Below, piece after piece: positions 11,839-24,067 of a DNA stretch of 64,000 nucleotides (positions are counted from its first letter, which is position 1; the number at the start of each line of letters is the position of its first letter). Source of the DNA: Azolla caroliniana (Eukaryota; Plantae; Polypodiophyta); NCBI GenBank assembly GCA_043228905.1, contig JBHGNT010000012.1:12648001-12712000 (forward strand), read 5' to 3'. The position numbers and the translations under genes are program-made. The notes under the pieces are model-generated. The model had not been told where the DNA came from, did no database searches, and worked only from the letters and a program-made list of their open reading frames with translations.

Positions 11839-13892
11839 CAACTACGCATCTTGGTTGTACAAGATGCACCAGTACCTGTTTGGTCATGGCTACTGGAGTT
11901 ATGTTGATGGAGCTAATGATGTAGCACCTGAATCGACACACAGAGACTTTTCGGGTTGGGAACAAGCGGCAAGCAGAGTTCTTTACTGCTTCGCGTCTTG
12001 TGTGAGCGACTAGCTCTTGAGCTACATTCGGGATGCTAAGATGCCAAAGGACGCGTGGGCGAATCTCAAGAGGATTTTCGCCGCTAGCACAACTGCCAAA
12101 AAGCTGCAGCTCAGGCAAGAGCTTAGCAATGTTTGACAGAAAGATCTGTCTGTAGCCAATTACATGGCCTGAATCAAGGAGATCTACGACTCCCTCGCCT
12201 CCGTCAACGTGAACGTCGAGGAGGACGAAATGGCGCAGGTTTGTCTTGGTGGGTTAGCGTCAAAGTTTGGAGCGTTCCGGATGGCGGTCTGCACAAGGGA
12301 GATTACGCCTTCGTTCTTCGAGCTTCAGTTGATGTTGCTCGTGGAGGAAAATCACGCGGGTACGTCAACGAGTATGCACACCGACAACAAAATGCTGTAC
12401 ACGGAGGAAGATAGGCCCCGTAGTCGTGGCGGACAAGGCGGATTGGCGTGCAATGGAGGTGGCCGAAAAGAGTAGAACGTGAGGCATAATCGAAATGCCG
12501 GAAGCAATTCCGAACCCTCCAGAAGCAAGGGGAGTCATAGCAGCACCGGAAGCCGGCAAGAGAAGGCCGTGACAGAATGCTGGTATTGTGGCAGGAAAGG
12601 CCATAGGGAGAGCAAGTGCTGGAAGAAGAGAGCCAATTTGGACAAAGCCGGATCGAGCGGAGGAGACATAGGAAGGCGTCAAAAATCGCACTACGCCGAG
12701 GGCTCCAAACAAGCCGTAAAGGGATCGGGCCCAACCTTCGTAATGAAGCACAATGCCAATTCGATGGCTGTGAACACCTCAAAGTCGAGCGAGGTGTGGT
12801 ATGTTGATTTCGGAGTGTCAAATCATATGACGAGTCATGAGGAATGGTTCTCGTACTTGGAGAAACCGGGAAAACAAGGAGTGGTTGAAATGGGAGACGA
12901 CACTCCACATACCATCGAACATGTCGGAGAAGTTCCTCTTAGCCACATAGGGCAGAAACGGAAACTTATGAACGTGTTGCACGTCCCGACAATAACCAAG
13001 AACCTGGTGTCGGTCGGACAGATCGTCGACCAGGGGTTGCAAGTTCGATTCACGCACCTCGGGTGTTAAATCGAAGATGAAGGCCAAGTTATTGTGCAAG
13101 GGTACCGTGAAGGGAGGATGTTCATCCTCGACACCAATCAAGCCGGAACCACGTTGTTCGCGAAAGGACAGAAGGTCGAGTCAGACATCGATCTGTGGCA
13201 CAAGTGGTTCGACCACGTTAACTTCCCACGACTTCGTGAAATGCAGATGAAGAACATTGTTTTCGGATTGCCGAAATTTCGGGGCCGTAATGGCCAAGTC
13301 TGTGAAGCTTGCCAACTCGAGAAGCAACAATGAGTTCCATTCCCCAATGAGCGTAATCATAGTCGAAATCCATTGGATTTGATCCATTTGGATGTGTGGG
13401 GACCGACACAGAACGTGAGTCTCGGTGGAAGTCATTACTTCGTAACCTTCATCGATGACTTCACTCAACATACCTGGGCGTGCTTGATCGCGAAAAAGAG
13501 CGAAGTCTTCACGTGGTTCCTGAAGGTGAAGAGCCTTGTGGAAAGGGAAACTGGACGCAAGATCAAGTGCCTACGGTCCGATGGGGGGAAGGAGTACTTC
13601 TCCAACCAGTTCACGAGTTATCTATAGAAGGAGGGAATTCGACGCGAATTCTCGTGTAGATATACACCGGAGCAGAACGACGTAGTCGAGCGGAAGAATC
13701 AAACAATCGAAGAAGCGTCCAAGGCAATGCTTGAAGAGAAGCATATGCCAAAATTTTACTAGGCTGAAGCCTTAAAGACGGCTTTTTACTTACAGAATCG
13801 GACCCCTGCTAATGGAGGAGTGTCACCACATGAGTTGTATTACGGCAAGAAGCCAAACTTGGCACAATTGAGGATTTTTAGCAACATCACAT

Positions 13893-14749
13893 TGTCGTAG
13901 TGTATTTCACACACTACGTAAAAAACGTATAAAGTACCCGATTTAATAAATATGAAGAAAACGAAGAAAATATAAGAGAACATATTACATGCATAGGGCA
14001 AGATTCAAACCTTGTACCTCCATGTTAATAATGTGAAGCCTTACCATTACACTAACATATCATTAATGTCAAAAATTAGATGTCCCACATAAAAAGGTAA
14101 GTTCATGCTGGGATAAAATTTAGGAAAACGCATGATAAAAGAAAAAGCTACACATGCACATCTAGCATGCATGAACACTATAGTCGATAAAAAAAACGCA
14201 TGACTTTAGAAAAAGCATGTTAGAGAAAGCATATAGTCTATTGATAGAAAAAGCATGGAGGGCATAATTAGAGAAAAAGCATGGATTGCCAAGACTCTCT
14301 CATCGCTATATAAGGATGGGGAGCACAATGTAATAAGTGTGTGAAATATTTGGAAATTGGATATATTTCTAAAAGACACCAATTAATAAAATAAATTTGT
14401 GGGATTCACGAAATAAATTATACTCGTGGGATTCACGAGATTTGTATATCCTTCTCTTTCAATCTAAATTCATATTCTTACATAAATATTGATTAATATA
14501 ATACTTGTGGGATTCACAAGGATTGATCTCTTTTCTCAATCTACTCTAATCTATTCTAAACTATTTCAATTTATTACTACGATTAAGATAAACTAAAACA
14601 ACTATACTTGTGGGATTCACAAGTTTCTATATCTCGTTTATATAATCCATTGATAATTAGACTCGTCTCAAATTCTTCCTCCTCCTAGTCCAAAACCCTA
14701 GTGGTTCCCACCCGACTCACGCAACGATTTGGCGCCGAAAGGCACGACA
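13893..14749 (+). mobile_element. Solo LTR related to the gag-only element at 15494-19078
   Basis: Begins TGTCGTAGTGTATTTC and ends GCCGAAAGGCACGACA, matching the reverse complement of the 722-bp LTR ends; shares the TATA block (TATATAAGGATGGGGAGCACA), GGATT hairpins and tRNA-like box; interrupts the copia A integrase; TSD degenerate (ACAT/TCGT). Confidence 0.85.
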
Positions 14750-16048
14750 TCGTACGTACATGTGCCGAAGGAGAAGAGGAGGAAGTTGGACGTCAAAGCC
14801 AAGAAGTGTATCTTGGTTGTCTATTCAGACGAATAGAAGGGGTATAAGTGCTATAACCCCCAAACGAAGGAAGTTCGTGTAAGCCAAGATGTGTTCGATT
14901 AGTCTGCTTCGTGGTACTTTCCTTCGCCTCCAATCCCTGATGACTCCAATCCCTTCGAAGAGGTCAGCGAGGACGAGTTGCCTCCGCGTGATGAGGAAAT
15001 CGGAGCTCTGACAGAGAGTTTGATCTCATTTCGGCTAAGTGGGCCGAGATGCACAACCAAATGAAGAGCCGACGAGTAGTGGAGAATCGGCCGTGTTGTC
15101 CCCGCATAAAGAACCGAGGAGACGGTTTACATGTCAAGAAAAAGGGAAGAAGAAAATGTCGGAATATGATTTCGTTAGTGCCGAGTTAGATAAGAGGGAG
15201 TCTGATTTTGGGCCAATCGAAAAGGAATCTCCACAAAAGAAGTCAAAACTGGCCGAAAAGGCCGTAAAATCGGGTAATCACGAATTACGCCGATCTACCC
15301 GCCTAACGAACCTCGTAAAGAGGTACGGGTACAATGAATACATGGCGCACCATTACACGTACATGACACGAGTGGCGGAAGTGCGTGAGCCAGAGAGCTA
15401 CGCAGAAGCGGCGGAAGATGCAAACTGGCGTACCGCGATGGAGGAAGAGATGCGCACTTTAACGGACAATGAGACTTGGGACCTGGTTGACGTTGTCGTG
15501 CCTTTCGGCTCCGGATCGTTGCGTGAGTCGGGTGGGAACCGCCGAGGTTTTGGACTAGGAGAAAGAAAAATACAAATAAGGCTAGTAAAGAATAGGTATA
15601 AAGAGTTATAAGATAAGAATCTCGTGAATCCCACGAGTTTAGTATATTTAGTCAATATTTAGGTAGTAAGAGAAAAATATTTTAGCAAATTCGTGAATCC
15701 CACGAATATTTTAGATTGATTGATCATTATAGAAAAATAATCAACAAAAACTACAATGTGCTCCCCATCCTTATATAGTGATGGGAGAGACTAAGCATAG
15801 CTACATGCTTTTTTCTAATATGTTCATGCACACTAAATGTGCATGTGATGCTTTTCTAATCCTTGCTTTTATTTGCTAAATATAGTGCTCATGCACGCTA
15901 GATGTGCATGAGTCACTTTTTAGTTGCTTGCGTTTTTCTATAAAATATTCACGCACTCTAAAAATACATGATTTACCTTTTAATAAAGGTAGGCGCAAAT
16001 AAAGCAGTTATAGTTATTAAATCTATTTATAGAACACTAAAGATAAGG

Positions 16049-16102
16049 TAGCATAATGGTAAAGTTGAGGTTTGGTTACGTGGAGGTATAAGGTTCGAAT
16101 CT
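16049..16102 (+). promoter_or_regulatory. tRNA-like Pol III internal promoter (A box + B box) within LTR; second copy 18912-18965
   Basis: A box TAGCATAATGG (16049-16059) and B box GGTTCGAATCT (16092-16102), 43 nt apart as in tRNA genes; same spacing in the solo LTR (minus strand, 14001-14054). Confidence 0.7.
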
Positions 16103-16459
16103 TGCCCTATGCACGTGATAAATATTTTGATATTCTTATTTTATTTATTTATATGTAATTAAATCATTTATATTATTTTTACTTTTTCACGTAGTGTACG
16201 AAATACACTACGACACTCGCCCCCTCCGAACCCGCACATCCTCCGGTATGTGCCGAAGTTGCCGATGCTCGTTGTCTCCCCTTCATCCTCCGTTTGTCCC
16301 GCTATGTCAACTTTGTCTCTCCATTTTGAGTAGACCCATTCTTTCCACCCGAACCATTGTCGCCATCCGATCCACCATATTCTTTGTTCTCTCTCGTCAT
16401 ATTCTTGGCCCTTGTCATTCGTGGTAGTGTCTTTTACTGGCCTCTTTGTTGTCTTCATC

Positions 16460-17100
16460 AACCTTGATTTTTTTCCGGATCGCTCTCGTCCGATCAACTT
16501 TCGGTTTGATCGGCTTCCGATCGTATTCGTATTCGGCCGAATCGGAATCGGTTGTTCGGTTTCAATTGAGTCGGTCTCCTTCCGGCCCGGTTTCGATCTA
16601 TCGGTTTCGGTTTCGGTTGGCTTTCTTTTCCTCGTTTTCACCAGCCTCGACCGGTCCAACCTTCGGTTGAGTCGGATTAGCTTCTTTCCGGATCGATCTC
16701 GTCCGATTGGCTTTCGGCTAGGTCGGCTTCCATCCATATTCGCGTTCGGCCAAGTCAGACTCGGTCGATCGGTTTTGACCAAGTCGACCCCTTTTCGGGT
16801 CGGCTTTCTTTCGGGTCATCTTTCGGCCGAATCCTCATTCGCCCGATTCAGCTTTCGTTTGTGTCGTCTTTCGGCCGAATTCTCTTCCTTTCGGTTCGGC
16901 TTTCTTTTGGGTCGACTTTTGGTTGAATCCTCATTCGCCCGGTTCGGCTTTCTTTCGGGTCGTCTTTCGGTCGAATCCTCTTTCACCCGGTTCGGCTTTC
17001 TTTCGGTTCGTCTTTTGGCCGAATCGTCTTTTACCCAGTTCGGCTTTCTTTCGGATCGGAATCCCGTCCGGATCACCTTCCATCCGAACCGGCTTCCGAC
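16460..17100. repeat. 48-bp-period TTCGG/CCGA-rich tandem repeat inside the gag-only element
   Basis: Unit ~TTCGGCTTTCTTTCGGGTCGTCTTTCGGCCGAATCCTCATTCGCCCGG repeated about five times from 16795, with degenerate copies to the left. Confidence 0.8.
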
Positions 17101-18339
17101 ATTACCTTTCTTGCCGCCACCTCCTGTCTCTCCGGTCTCACGTTGGTTCTCGAATACAACCGCCGAAGTCTCTAGAATTAGTGGACAGGAATCCACGGTA
17201 TTATCGTCCTCCATTGTTTCACCCATAGCCATATTCTTGGCTATCTCTCCGTCATACGCATCGGCTTCGACCTTTGTTTTCTCTCCGCCACCTTCCGTCT
17301 CTTCGGTCTCACGTTGCCTTTCGAACGCAACCGCCGGAGTCTCTGGAATTAGTGGTGGGGAAGTCTCGATATGGCCATCCGTCGTTGATTCGTCCATAGC
17401 CACCTTCGATTCGATGTCATCTTTCGTGGTGACCCCCTCAATCAAGTCCTCCTTGCTCTCTTTCACTGCATCAATTATGCTTACCCCTTTTTCACCCGAT
17501 GTTTCAGACACTTGTAATCCGAAATCTTCTTCTACACTTGGGTTATTGGCCTTATCCTTCGTCGTTGTTCTTTCGCAAGACAAGAGGGTAGCTTGTTTTA
17601 CACCCTCTTCCGTCGCACCATCATGTTGTATTTCGGCCTTCATATCGGCTCCATCGTTTGTCTTCAATCGACCATCCTTCATCGGCCATGTTGTTGACAA
17701 GATTCTCATCTTCCTCTCATCATGTCTCCGGCATACCCTTTGGACTTCGGCCCAATCTTCGGTAAGACCATTCGTACCTTCATCGTCTTCGAGTTCGATC
17801 CCGATGTCCATCCTTTCTTTTCGATCGATCGATTTTACGAACATTAGGACTTTATCCTCTCCCACCAATCGTTGTTCCCGCTCCGAGAGTCGAGCAAGAC
17901 GATGCTCGAACTCTAGGAATGCTTGTGTTGCACTTTGGTGGGTCTTCTCCGATGCCACCCATTCATCGAACTCTCGCTGATCTCGTCCCTTCGGTCTATC
18001 GTAATCATATGCCTCTCGTAAAGCTCCTTCAAAGGACCCCCATGTTGGGTTTTGTTGCCGTATCTTGTAGATTCTTTCTTGTAACTCATCCGCGGCTACC
18101 CGACTGAAGGATATCACTTGCAATCCTTCCGGTATCCCACATCGCATCATCTCCCCTTTGTAGTCACGTAGATAGCGTGACACGTCCTTTCCATCAAATT
18201 GCCCGTTCCGTTGCATGAGCCGTTGTACTACTGTCGTGATCTCCGACATCTCGCGTTGTTCTTGTAGCATTCTCTCGAACATCATCATCATAATGTTGGT
18301 CTTTTGTTGATTCTCCATCTCCTTGCCACCTGTCTTCAC
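16816..18339 (-). CDS. Gag-like protein with acidic and repetitive basic C-terminal tail
   Basis: N-terminal FDGKDVSRYLRDY...W..F...L...Y pattern of retrotransposon capsid proteins, immediately after the PBS; tail built from 16-aa repeats (KPNRxxEDSxERRPER). True start may be a downstream ATG. Confidence 0.7.
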   Translation of the reverse strand: MKTGGKEMENQQKTNIMMMMFERMLQEQREMSEITTVVQRLMQRNGQFDGKDVSRYLRDYKGEMMRCGIPEGLQVISFSRVAADELQERIYKIRQQNPTWGSFEGALREAYDYDRPKGRDQREFDEWVASEKTHQSATQAFLEFEHRLARLSEREQRLVGEDKVLMFVKSIDRKERMDIGIELEDDEGTNGLTEDWAEVQRVCRRHDERKMRILSTTWPMKDGRLKTNDGADMKAEIQHDGATEEGVKQATLLSCERTTTKDKANNPSVEEDFGLQVSETSGEKGVSIIDAVKESKEDLIEGVTTKDDIESKVAMDESTTDGHIETSPPLIPETPAVAFERQRETEETEGGGEKTKVEADAYDGEIAKNMAMGETMEDDNTVDSCPLILETSAVVFENQRETGETGGGGKKGNVGSRFGWKVIRTGFRSERKPNWVKDDSAKRRTERKPNRVKEDSTERRPERKPNRANEDSTKSRPKRKPNRKEENSAERRHKRKLNRANEDSAER

Positions 18340-21264
18340 GTCGGGTTCACCAACTGTGTCGTGCCTTTCGGCTCCGGATCGTTGCGTGAGTCGGGTGGGA
18401 ACCGCCGAGGTTTTGGACTAGGAGAAAGAAAAATACAAATAAGGCTAGTAAAGAATAGGTATAAAGAGTTATAAGATAAGAATCTCGTGAATCCCACGAG
18501 TTTAGTATATTTAGTCAATATTTAGGTAGTAAGAGAAAAATATTTTAGCAAATTCGTGAATCCCACGAATATTTTAGATTGATTGATCATTATAGAAAAA
18601 TAATCAACAAAAACTACAATGTGCTCCCCATCCTTATATAGTGATGGGAGAGACTAAGCATAGCTACATGCTTTTTTCTAATATGTTCATGCACACTAAA
18701 TGTGCATGTGATGCTTTTCTAATCCTTGCTTTTATTTGCTAAATATAGTGCTCATGCACGCTAGATGTGCATGAGTCACTTTTTAGTTGCTTGCGTTTTT
18801 CTATAAAATATTCACGCACTCTAAAAATACATGATTTACCTTTTAATAAAGGTAGGCGCAAATAAAGCAGTTATAGTTATTAAATCTATTTATAGAACAC
18901 TAAAGATAAGGTAGCATAATGGTAAAGTTGAGGTTTGGTTACGTGGAGGTATAGGGTTCGAATCTTGCCCTATGCACGTGATAAATATTTTGATATTCTT
19001 ATTTTATTTATTTATATGTAATTAAATCATTTATATTATTTTTACTTTTTCACGTAGTGTACGAAATACACTACGACAACGTATTGAAAGGTGTAAAGCT
19101 GATCGGATGTAGATGGGTGTATAAGGTGAAATATAACACCGACAACTCTGTCAATCAATATAAGGTCTGTTTGGTTGCGAAAGGCTATGCGCAGAAGCAC
19201 GACGAAGATTATGACGAGACATTTGCCCCAGTCGCGAAGATGACTACCGTGCGAGTTCTACTAACCTTAGCTTCGGTGAAGGGGTGGCACTTACATCAGA
19301 TGGATGTAAGCAATGGGCTCTTGCAAGGTGATCTTGAGGAACATGTGTACATGGTACAACCCCTCGGATTTCTATCCGAACAGAACACTTCAGCAGTCTG
19401 CTGATTGAAGAAGGCGTTATACGGCCTTAAGCAAAGATTACGCAACAATTGCGTAGAATGGGGTTTACGACGTCCAAATCAGACTCTTCGTTATTCGTTC
19501 GGCAAGGTCGATATGGACTGGTTTGTCTTTTACTTTATGTTGATGATTTAGTCATTGCCGGTGCCGACCTGGAAGAAATCTGCCATATAAAGTCTCAGCT
19601 TGCGGCATCATTGAAAATGAAGGATCTTGGAGATCTTCATTACTTCTTTGGGATTGAAGTGATCCGTTCCCTCGAAGGCATATTGATTAGCCAGCTCCAT
19701 TATGCGCTGAATATGCTCTTCAAGTTCGGGATGACAGATTGTAAGCCCATCTCGACCCCTCTGGATAGAAATGTAAAGTTTCGCCGAGATTCGGGAAAGG
19801 CATGCGACTTGACACGGTTTTGACAGATTGTCGGAAGCCTCATCTACTTGACAATCACTCGGCCGGACCTCAGCTATCCGGTCGGAATGATTAGTCAATT
19901 TATGTCGCAGTCCACGACCGAACACCTTCAGTGCATGCAAAGGGTATTACAATATGTTAGCGGCATGATAGATATGGCGTTGTTGTATCGTGCAGATGTA
20001 GCCGAGTAGTTAGTCGGCTACACGGATGCCAATTGGGCCGGAAATGCCCACGATCGTAGATTCACGTCCGGATACACATTCTCATTGGGAAGTGTGGCGA
20101 TCGTGTAGAGTAGTAAGAAGCAACCGACAGTAGTGCTGTCGAGCATGGAGGCCGAATATCGAGGGGCGACTGTCGCTACGTGCGAAGCCATCTGGCTGAA
20201 ATGGCTATTATGGGATCTGCATGTGGAGTTGTCCGACCCGGCAATAATCTATTGCAACAACCTCAGTAGCATCGACCTTGTGAAAAACCTTGTATTCCAC
20301 GCCCAGACCAAGCACATAGAGGTGCATTATCATTTTGTCCACGAGCGTGTCCTTTCTGGTTAAGTCGAATTGACATATGTTCCCACGGGTCGGCAACTTG
20401 CCGATATCTTCATCAAGCCCCTTGGTCTCGACAAGTTGCGGCAATTCTCAGGTGAGCTGGGTTTGCGTCACCTCGACACGCTGACCTTGAGGGGGAGATA
20501 GGAACAGGAACAAGAGTGTGAAAGGAGTGGTAGTGACCGTGACCACGATGCCGAATCGGATGAAGAATTCAATTTCGGGCCAGCCGAAGAAGCTGAAGAA
20601 GCCAAAGAAGAAGAAAATAGGGGCCGTAATTGCAAGGAAGAGCCGAAGATAGCCGATCAAAAGGGAAATACAGCCAAGAAGGGCATAAAGGCCAAGGCCA
20701 AGACGTGGTCTGATGTTGTCAAAGGCCTGAAAACAGAAGACAAATTGGAGACAGCCAATTCGGGCGAAAGTGGAATTGAATCGGAAGTGACTGATTTAAT
20801 CGAAATGTTCGATTCGGATATTACGAATCGACTGAGGGCCAAGCAAAGGAAAGGGCAACGAAAGAGGCACCAACACTGCGACAACAAGGGAGTTGAGAAG
20901 GGCCGCATGAGCGGACAACCTGACCAGAAGGGTCAAAATGCGCGGAATCGAACGGGTCGAGGAGTGCGAGTGAGGCGTGAAGCAAGGAGAGGATGGAGTG
21001 AAGATCCGGAAAAGCAAATAAAACCTCAAGTTGAGCTTGAGGGGGAGTGTTGAGAGACAAGCTCAACATTGGGTGCATAAACGGGTATGTAACCTAGTAC
21101 GTAGACTGGGTGCGTAAAACCGTATGCAAAGTATGGCCATGACGGTGTTTAAACCAAGAGGCCGTTAGAATGTTATTTTTGTAAGGAATAGTTTTGGGAG
21201 TTAGTGTAGAAGGCTCATTTATGAGTGGTCAAGTACTGCCAGTACTTGTGTTAGCCTGATAATC

Positions 21265-21651
21265 AAAACTAAAAGATGTGATTGTGCATTGTGTATAGAA
21301 GCCTTCTTCCTTCGTGTCTTTCTGGTGGTTAGACCAAGCAGTTGCATTGAATCCTCCAAAGCTACCAAGAGAATTGATCAACGAGGGTGCTCTTGACCTC
21401 AATTTCACATCCATGACAAGGAAACACAACGGCCTATTCATCAAAGCCAACAGAAAAACGAGGGGGAAATGAGGAAAGAGGGGGAAAGCCTTTTTGTTAC
21501 CTTTCTTTTTTACACAAACTATATAAATAGCCGGTTCGAAAAATATGAACCGGCTAGATTCCGGTTGGTCAGAAAACCTGACTGGAATCAATTCCGGTTG
21601 TCCCCGACCTTGGCCGGCAAAACTCCCAACCTAACTGGAACGTTGACACTG
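21265..21651 (-). mobile_element. Possible end of a DNA transposon (hAT-like terminus, tentative)
   Basis: Minus strand begins CAGTGTCAACG at 21651, followed by clustered AACCGG/CCGGTT motifs (21530-21640); its left side coincides with truncation of the copia A 3' LTR. Second terminus not found. Confidence 0.3.
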
Positions 21652-24067
21652 TTCCTAGGACTTTGCCCAACAGTGTCCCAGGGCTTTTACTAACTAAGAA
21701 AAGAGTATGCGTACTTCATATCTGCCTAACGAAGAGACATCAATATGTTAGAGAAATTCATTAACTTATTGGTAAAGACAAACAAGCAAGCTCTACCCCT
21801 CGGGGTTTCATCCTTGACCCTTTGGTAGTACATAATGTATGCCAACAAAAACAGGAAAACACTAGCTTTTGGCCTATCCGAGTGAAAGTGGTACATATAA
21901 TTATAAAAATGGCAAAAAGCCAACTAGTTTTTTGTAGCATATACACTGTTTGAGCAATTTTGTGGTGACTCCATCCTCCCCTTTTTCTCTCTTTTCGAGG
22001 GTGGATGTCGACATTTTGGGGACATGTTGAAATCTTTGAGGGCATTTGGTGAAATGAAGTAAAATGAAGGGGTTTTTTTGAGGTCCCCCCATAATCATAA
22101 TGGCACAACTCCACACTTTCGAAAAGTTTATTGTTTCTCTAGAATCACGAGGGTTTATGACGTGAATGTATCACTCAAATCTAATGATCCAAACGTGACC
22201 AAAAACCTTCATGTTACAAAGCACAAGCTTGGCCACACCATTTTGTTATTGATTCAAAAATTGGAAACTAGATAATACAACTTCATGGATCCAAAAAAAA
22301 AAAGAGAAATCATAAGCTCTTTAATGTTGTTTTTCTCATAGCGAGGCTTATTTGTTTCTTCAAGTGACATAGATCTAGTATAAAAAATTGTGTAAACAAC
22401 AATGTAAAAAACTGTTCTTGAAATCCAATGTGAGATTGAGGATAATGGTAATCTAATTCCAAGGGAGGTGGGGTGGTGTTCAAAAGGAGGTTAAATGACC
22501 TTGTTGAGTCATATATACCTTCAATGGAGACGTGTTGGAAGTAGATGTTTGGTTTATGTTAATGTTACAATATTATAGGCAAACTAACTATGTTCTTGAT
22601 AAATAATGCACGGATAAAGATAAGACACATAAGAAGTTCACCATCAAAGGGCGACAAAGAAAGTTCAAGATTGGGTGGGAAATGAAAGTGGTCTTAAAAG
22701 AGATGTCCAGTCTCATTGTCAGACATTTTGGTTATTGCCCCTAAGTTGCCTAACCATCCTTTGTTCACCCTCTAATGTTTTGTTTGATAGAATTGATTTT
22801 GTGACTCAATTCACAAAACTCTTTCATAATTTAAGTTTGTGGATATATTAGTCTTTGTTTTCCAACTATATGCCTTTACATGGCTGGATTTGCCACAATA
22901 ATAATGCAACAATTTGTTTCAAAGATATTTTCTACCTTGGAATCTCTCCTTTATTCGAGAGTTCTCATTGCCACTTCTTCTATCATGGGGACATTGAAAT
23001 TCCTCTTGTTTTAGATACATGTGCCATAGACTTTCAACATTCTTTTTAGCAATTCTACTAGTGGATTGCCGTCCTCTCCATACTCCAATATTAGAGTGGA
23101 GTAGAGAATTAGTCTTTCCAAGAAAATTTTCTTTTTAATGAGAAGCGTTTATTATAGGTTAGTATTACAAGTAATGATAAACAAAAGAATGAGATATTAA
23201 GGGTGCTTATCTAAACCAACCACCCTTGAGAAAAGGGTAGGAGAAAAACATAAAATACCATTAGTGTGTGATACCACCGAATATTACCTTATGTTATACC
23301 TTGGTTATTGAATAGTAGATCCAAAGAAGAGAGCTTAGCCTCATGAATAGAGTCTCAATCGTGTCTCACGATGCGTTAATGAAGGGGCTATGTGTTATGT
23401 AACTCTTTTATAGAGGAACTCGATACAACGTATTGAGCTCCTGTGTAAAGTATGTGTTGGATACACGAACTCGAAACCCTGCATCGATTTCATGTATAGA
23501 CACGAACTATATACAGGAACACGATACGGAGTATCAAGTTCCTGTATAAAACAAGAACTTTAAAGAGGAATATTGTGTCTTTGGGGCAACAATTTAGTAT
23601 TGTGTGAAAAGATATCAAATGTTCTATCAAAATCAGTCTTTTTTTAGGGTGATTTGCCTTATTTTGTAACAAATAGGGGCCTTAAATATAAAGGTTTTAT
23701 GACCTAGTATAGCTTAAAATAGTAGAAAATAACCCACAAATTACCTTTACGATACCAAATTCAGGTCTATCATATGCAAATTCTCTAGAATATGGATATG
23801 GAATCAATATAAGCTATACCTCCCCTTCAAGACAATATATATCCTTGTATACTTATTAATATATATATTTTCTAAGTTGAATAGCCCTTACTAGAATGAA
23901 ATTCTGAATAAAGGACTACCATGTTCACTCAATGCATGATTGATATTTATAGTTTACCACAAATAGCCTGCTAGTTTATGTCTTCATCTAATTATTTGTA
24001 TTTTAATATACAACCTTAATCTACGTGACCAACTAACTTATGTTTTCGCATGTCCTTTCTTAAATAG

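Larger units (their letters stand above)
15494..19078 (-). mobile_element. Non-autonomous gag-only LTR retrotransposon (Ty3-type gag), young
   Basis: 722-bp LTRs 15494-16215 and 18357-19078 with one difference seen; 4-bp TSD ACGT; PBS 18335-18352 complementary to the plant tRNA-Trp 3' end (TTCACGTCGGGTTCACCA); PPT GGAGGGGCGAG next to the 3' LTR (16216-16226); no pol motifs. Confidence 0.9.
10267..21264 (+). mobile_element. Ty1/copia retrotransposon A (decayed; host of three nested insertions; 3' LTR truncated)
   Basis: 5' LTR 10267-10686 (TG..CA); PBS TGGTATCAGAGC (tRNA-iMet) 10687-10698; gag CCHC knuckle, protease WYVDFG, GAG-pre-integrase, integrase, RT (LLYVDDL), RNase H in broken frames; PPT ~21038-21047; 3' LTR begins 21048 and stops matching at ~21264. 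Confidence 0.9.

Noticed and set aside
14395-14625. CRISPR-like repeat-spacer array
   Set aside because: Only four short palindromes with irregular spacing inside a eukaryotic LTR; no cas genes.
16040-16115. Functional tRNA gene in the LTR
   Set aside because: A and B boxes are present, but acceptor, anticodon and T stems do not pair properly; treated as a tRNA-derived promoter only.
16412-17980. 522-aa plus-strand ORF antisense to gag
   Set aside because: F/S/R-rich shadow of the purine-rich gag strand and of 48-bp (multiple of 3) repeats; no recognisable domain.
21700-24000. AT-rich interval with short ORFs
   Set aside because: No recognisable domain, termini or repeat structure; left unannotated (may include upstream parts of the ParB-MTase carrier).
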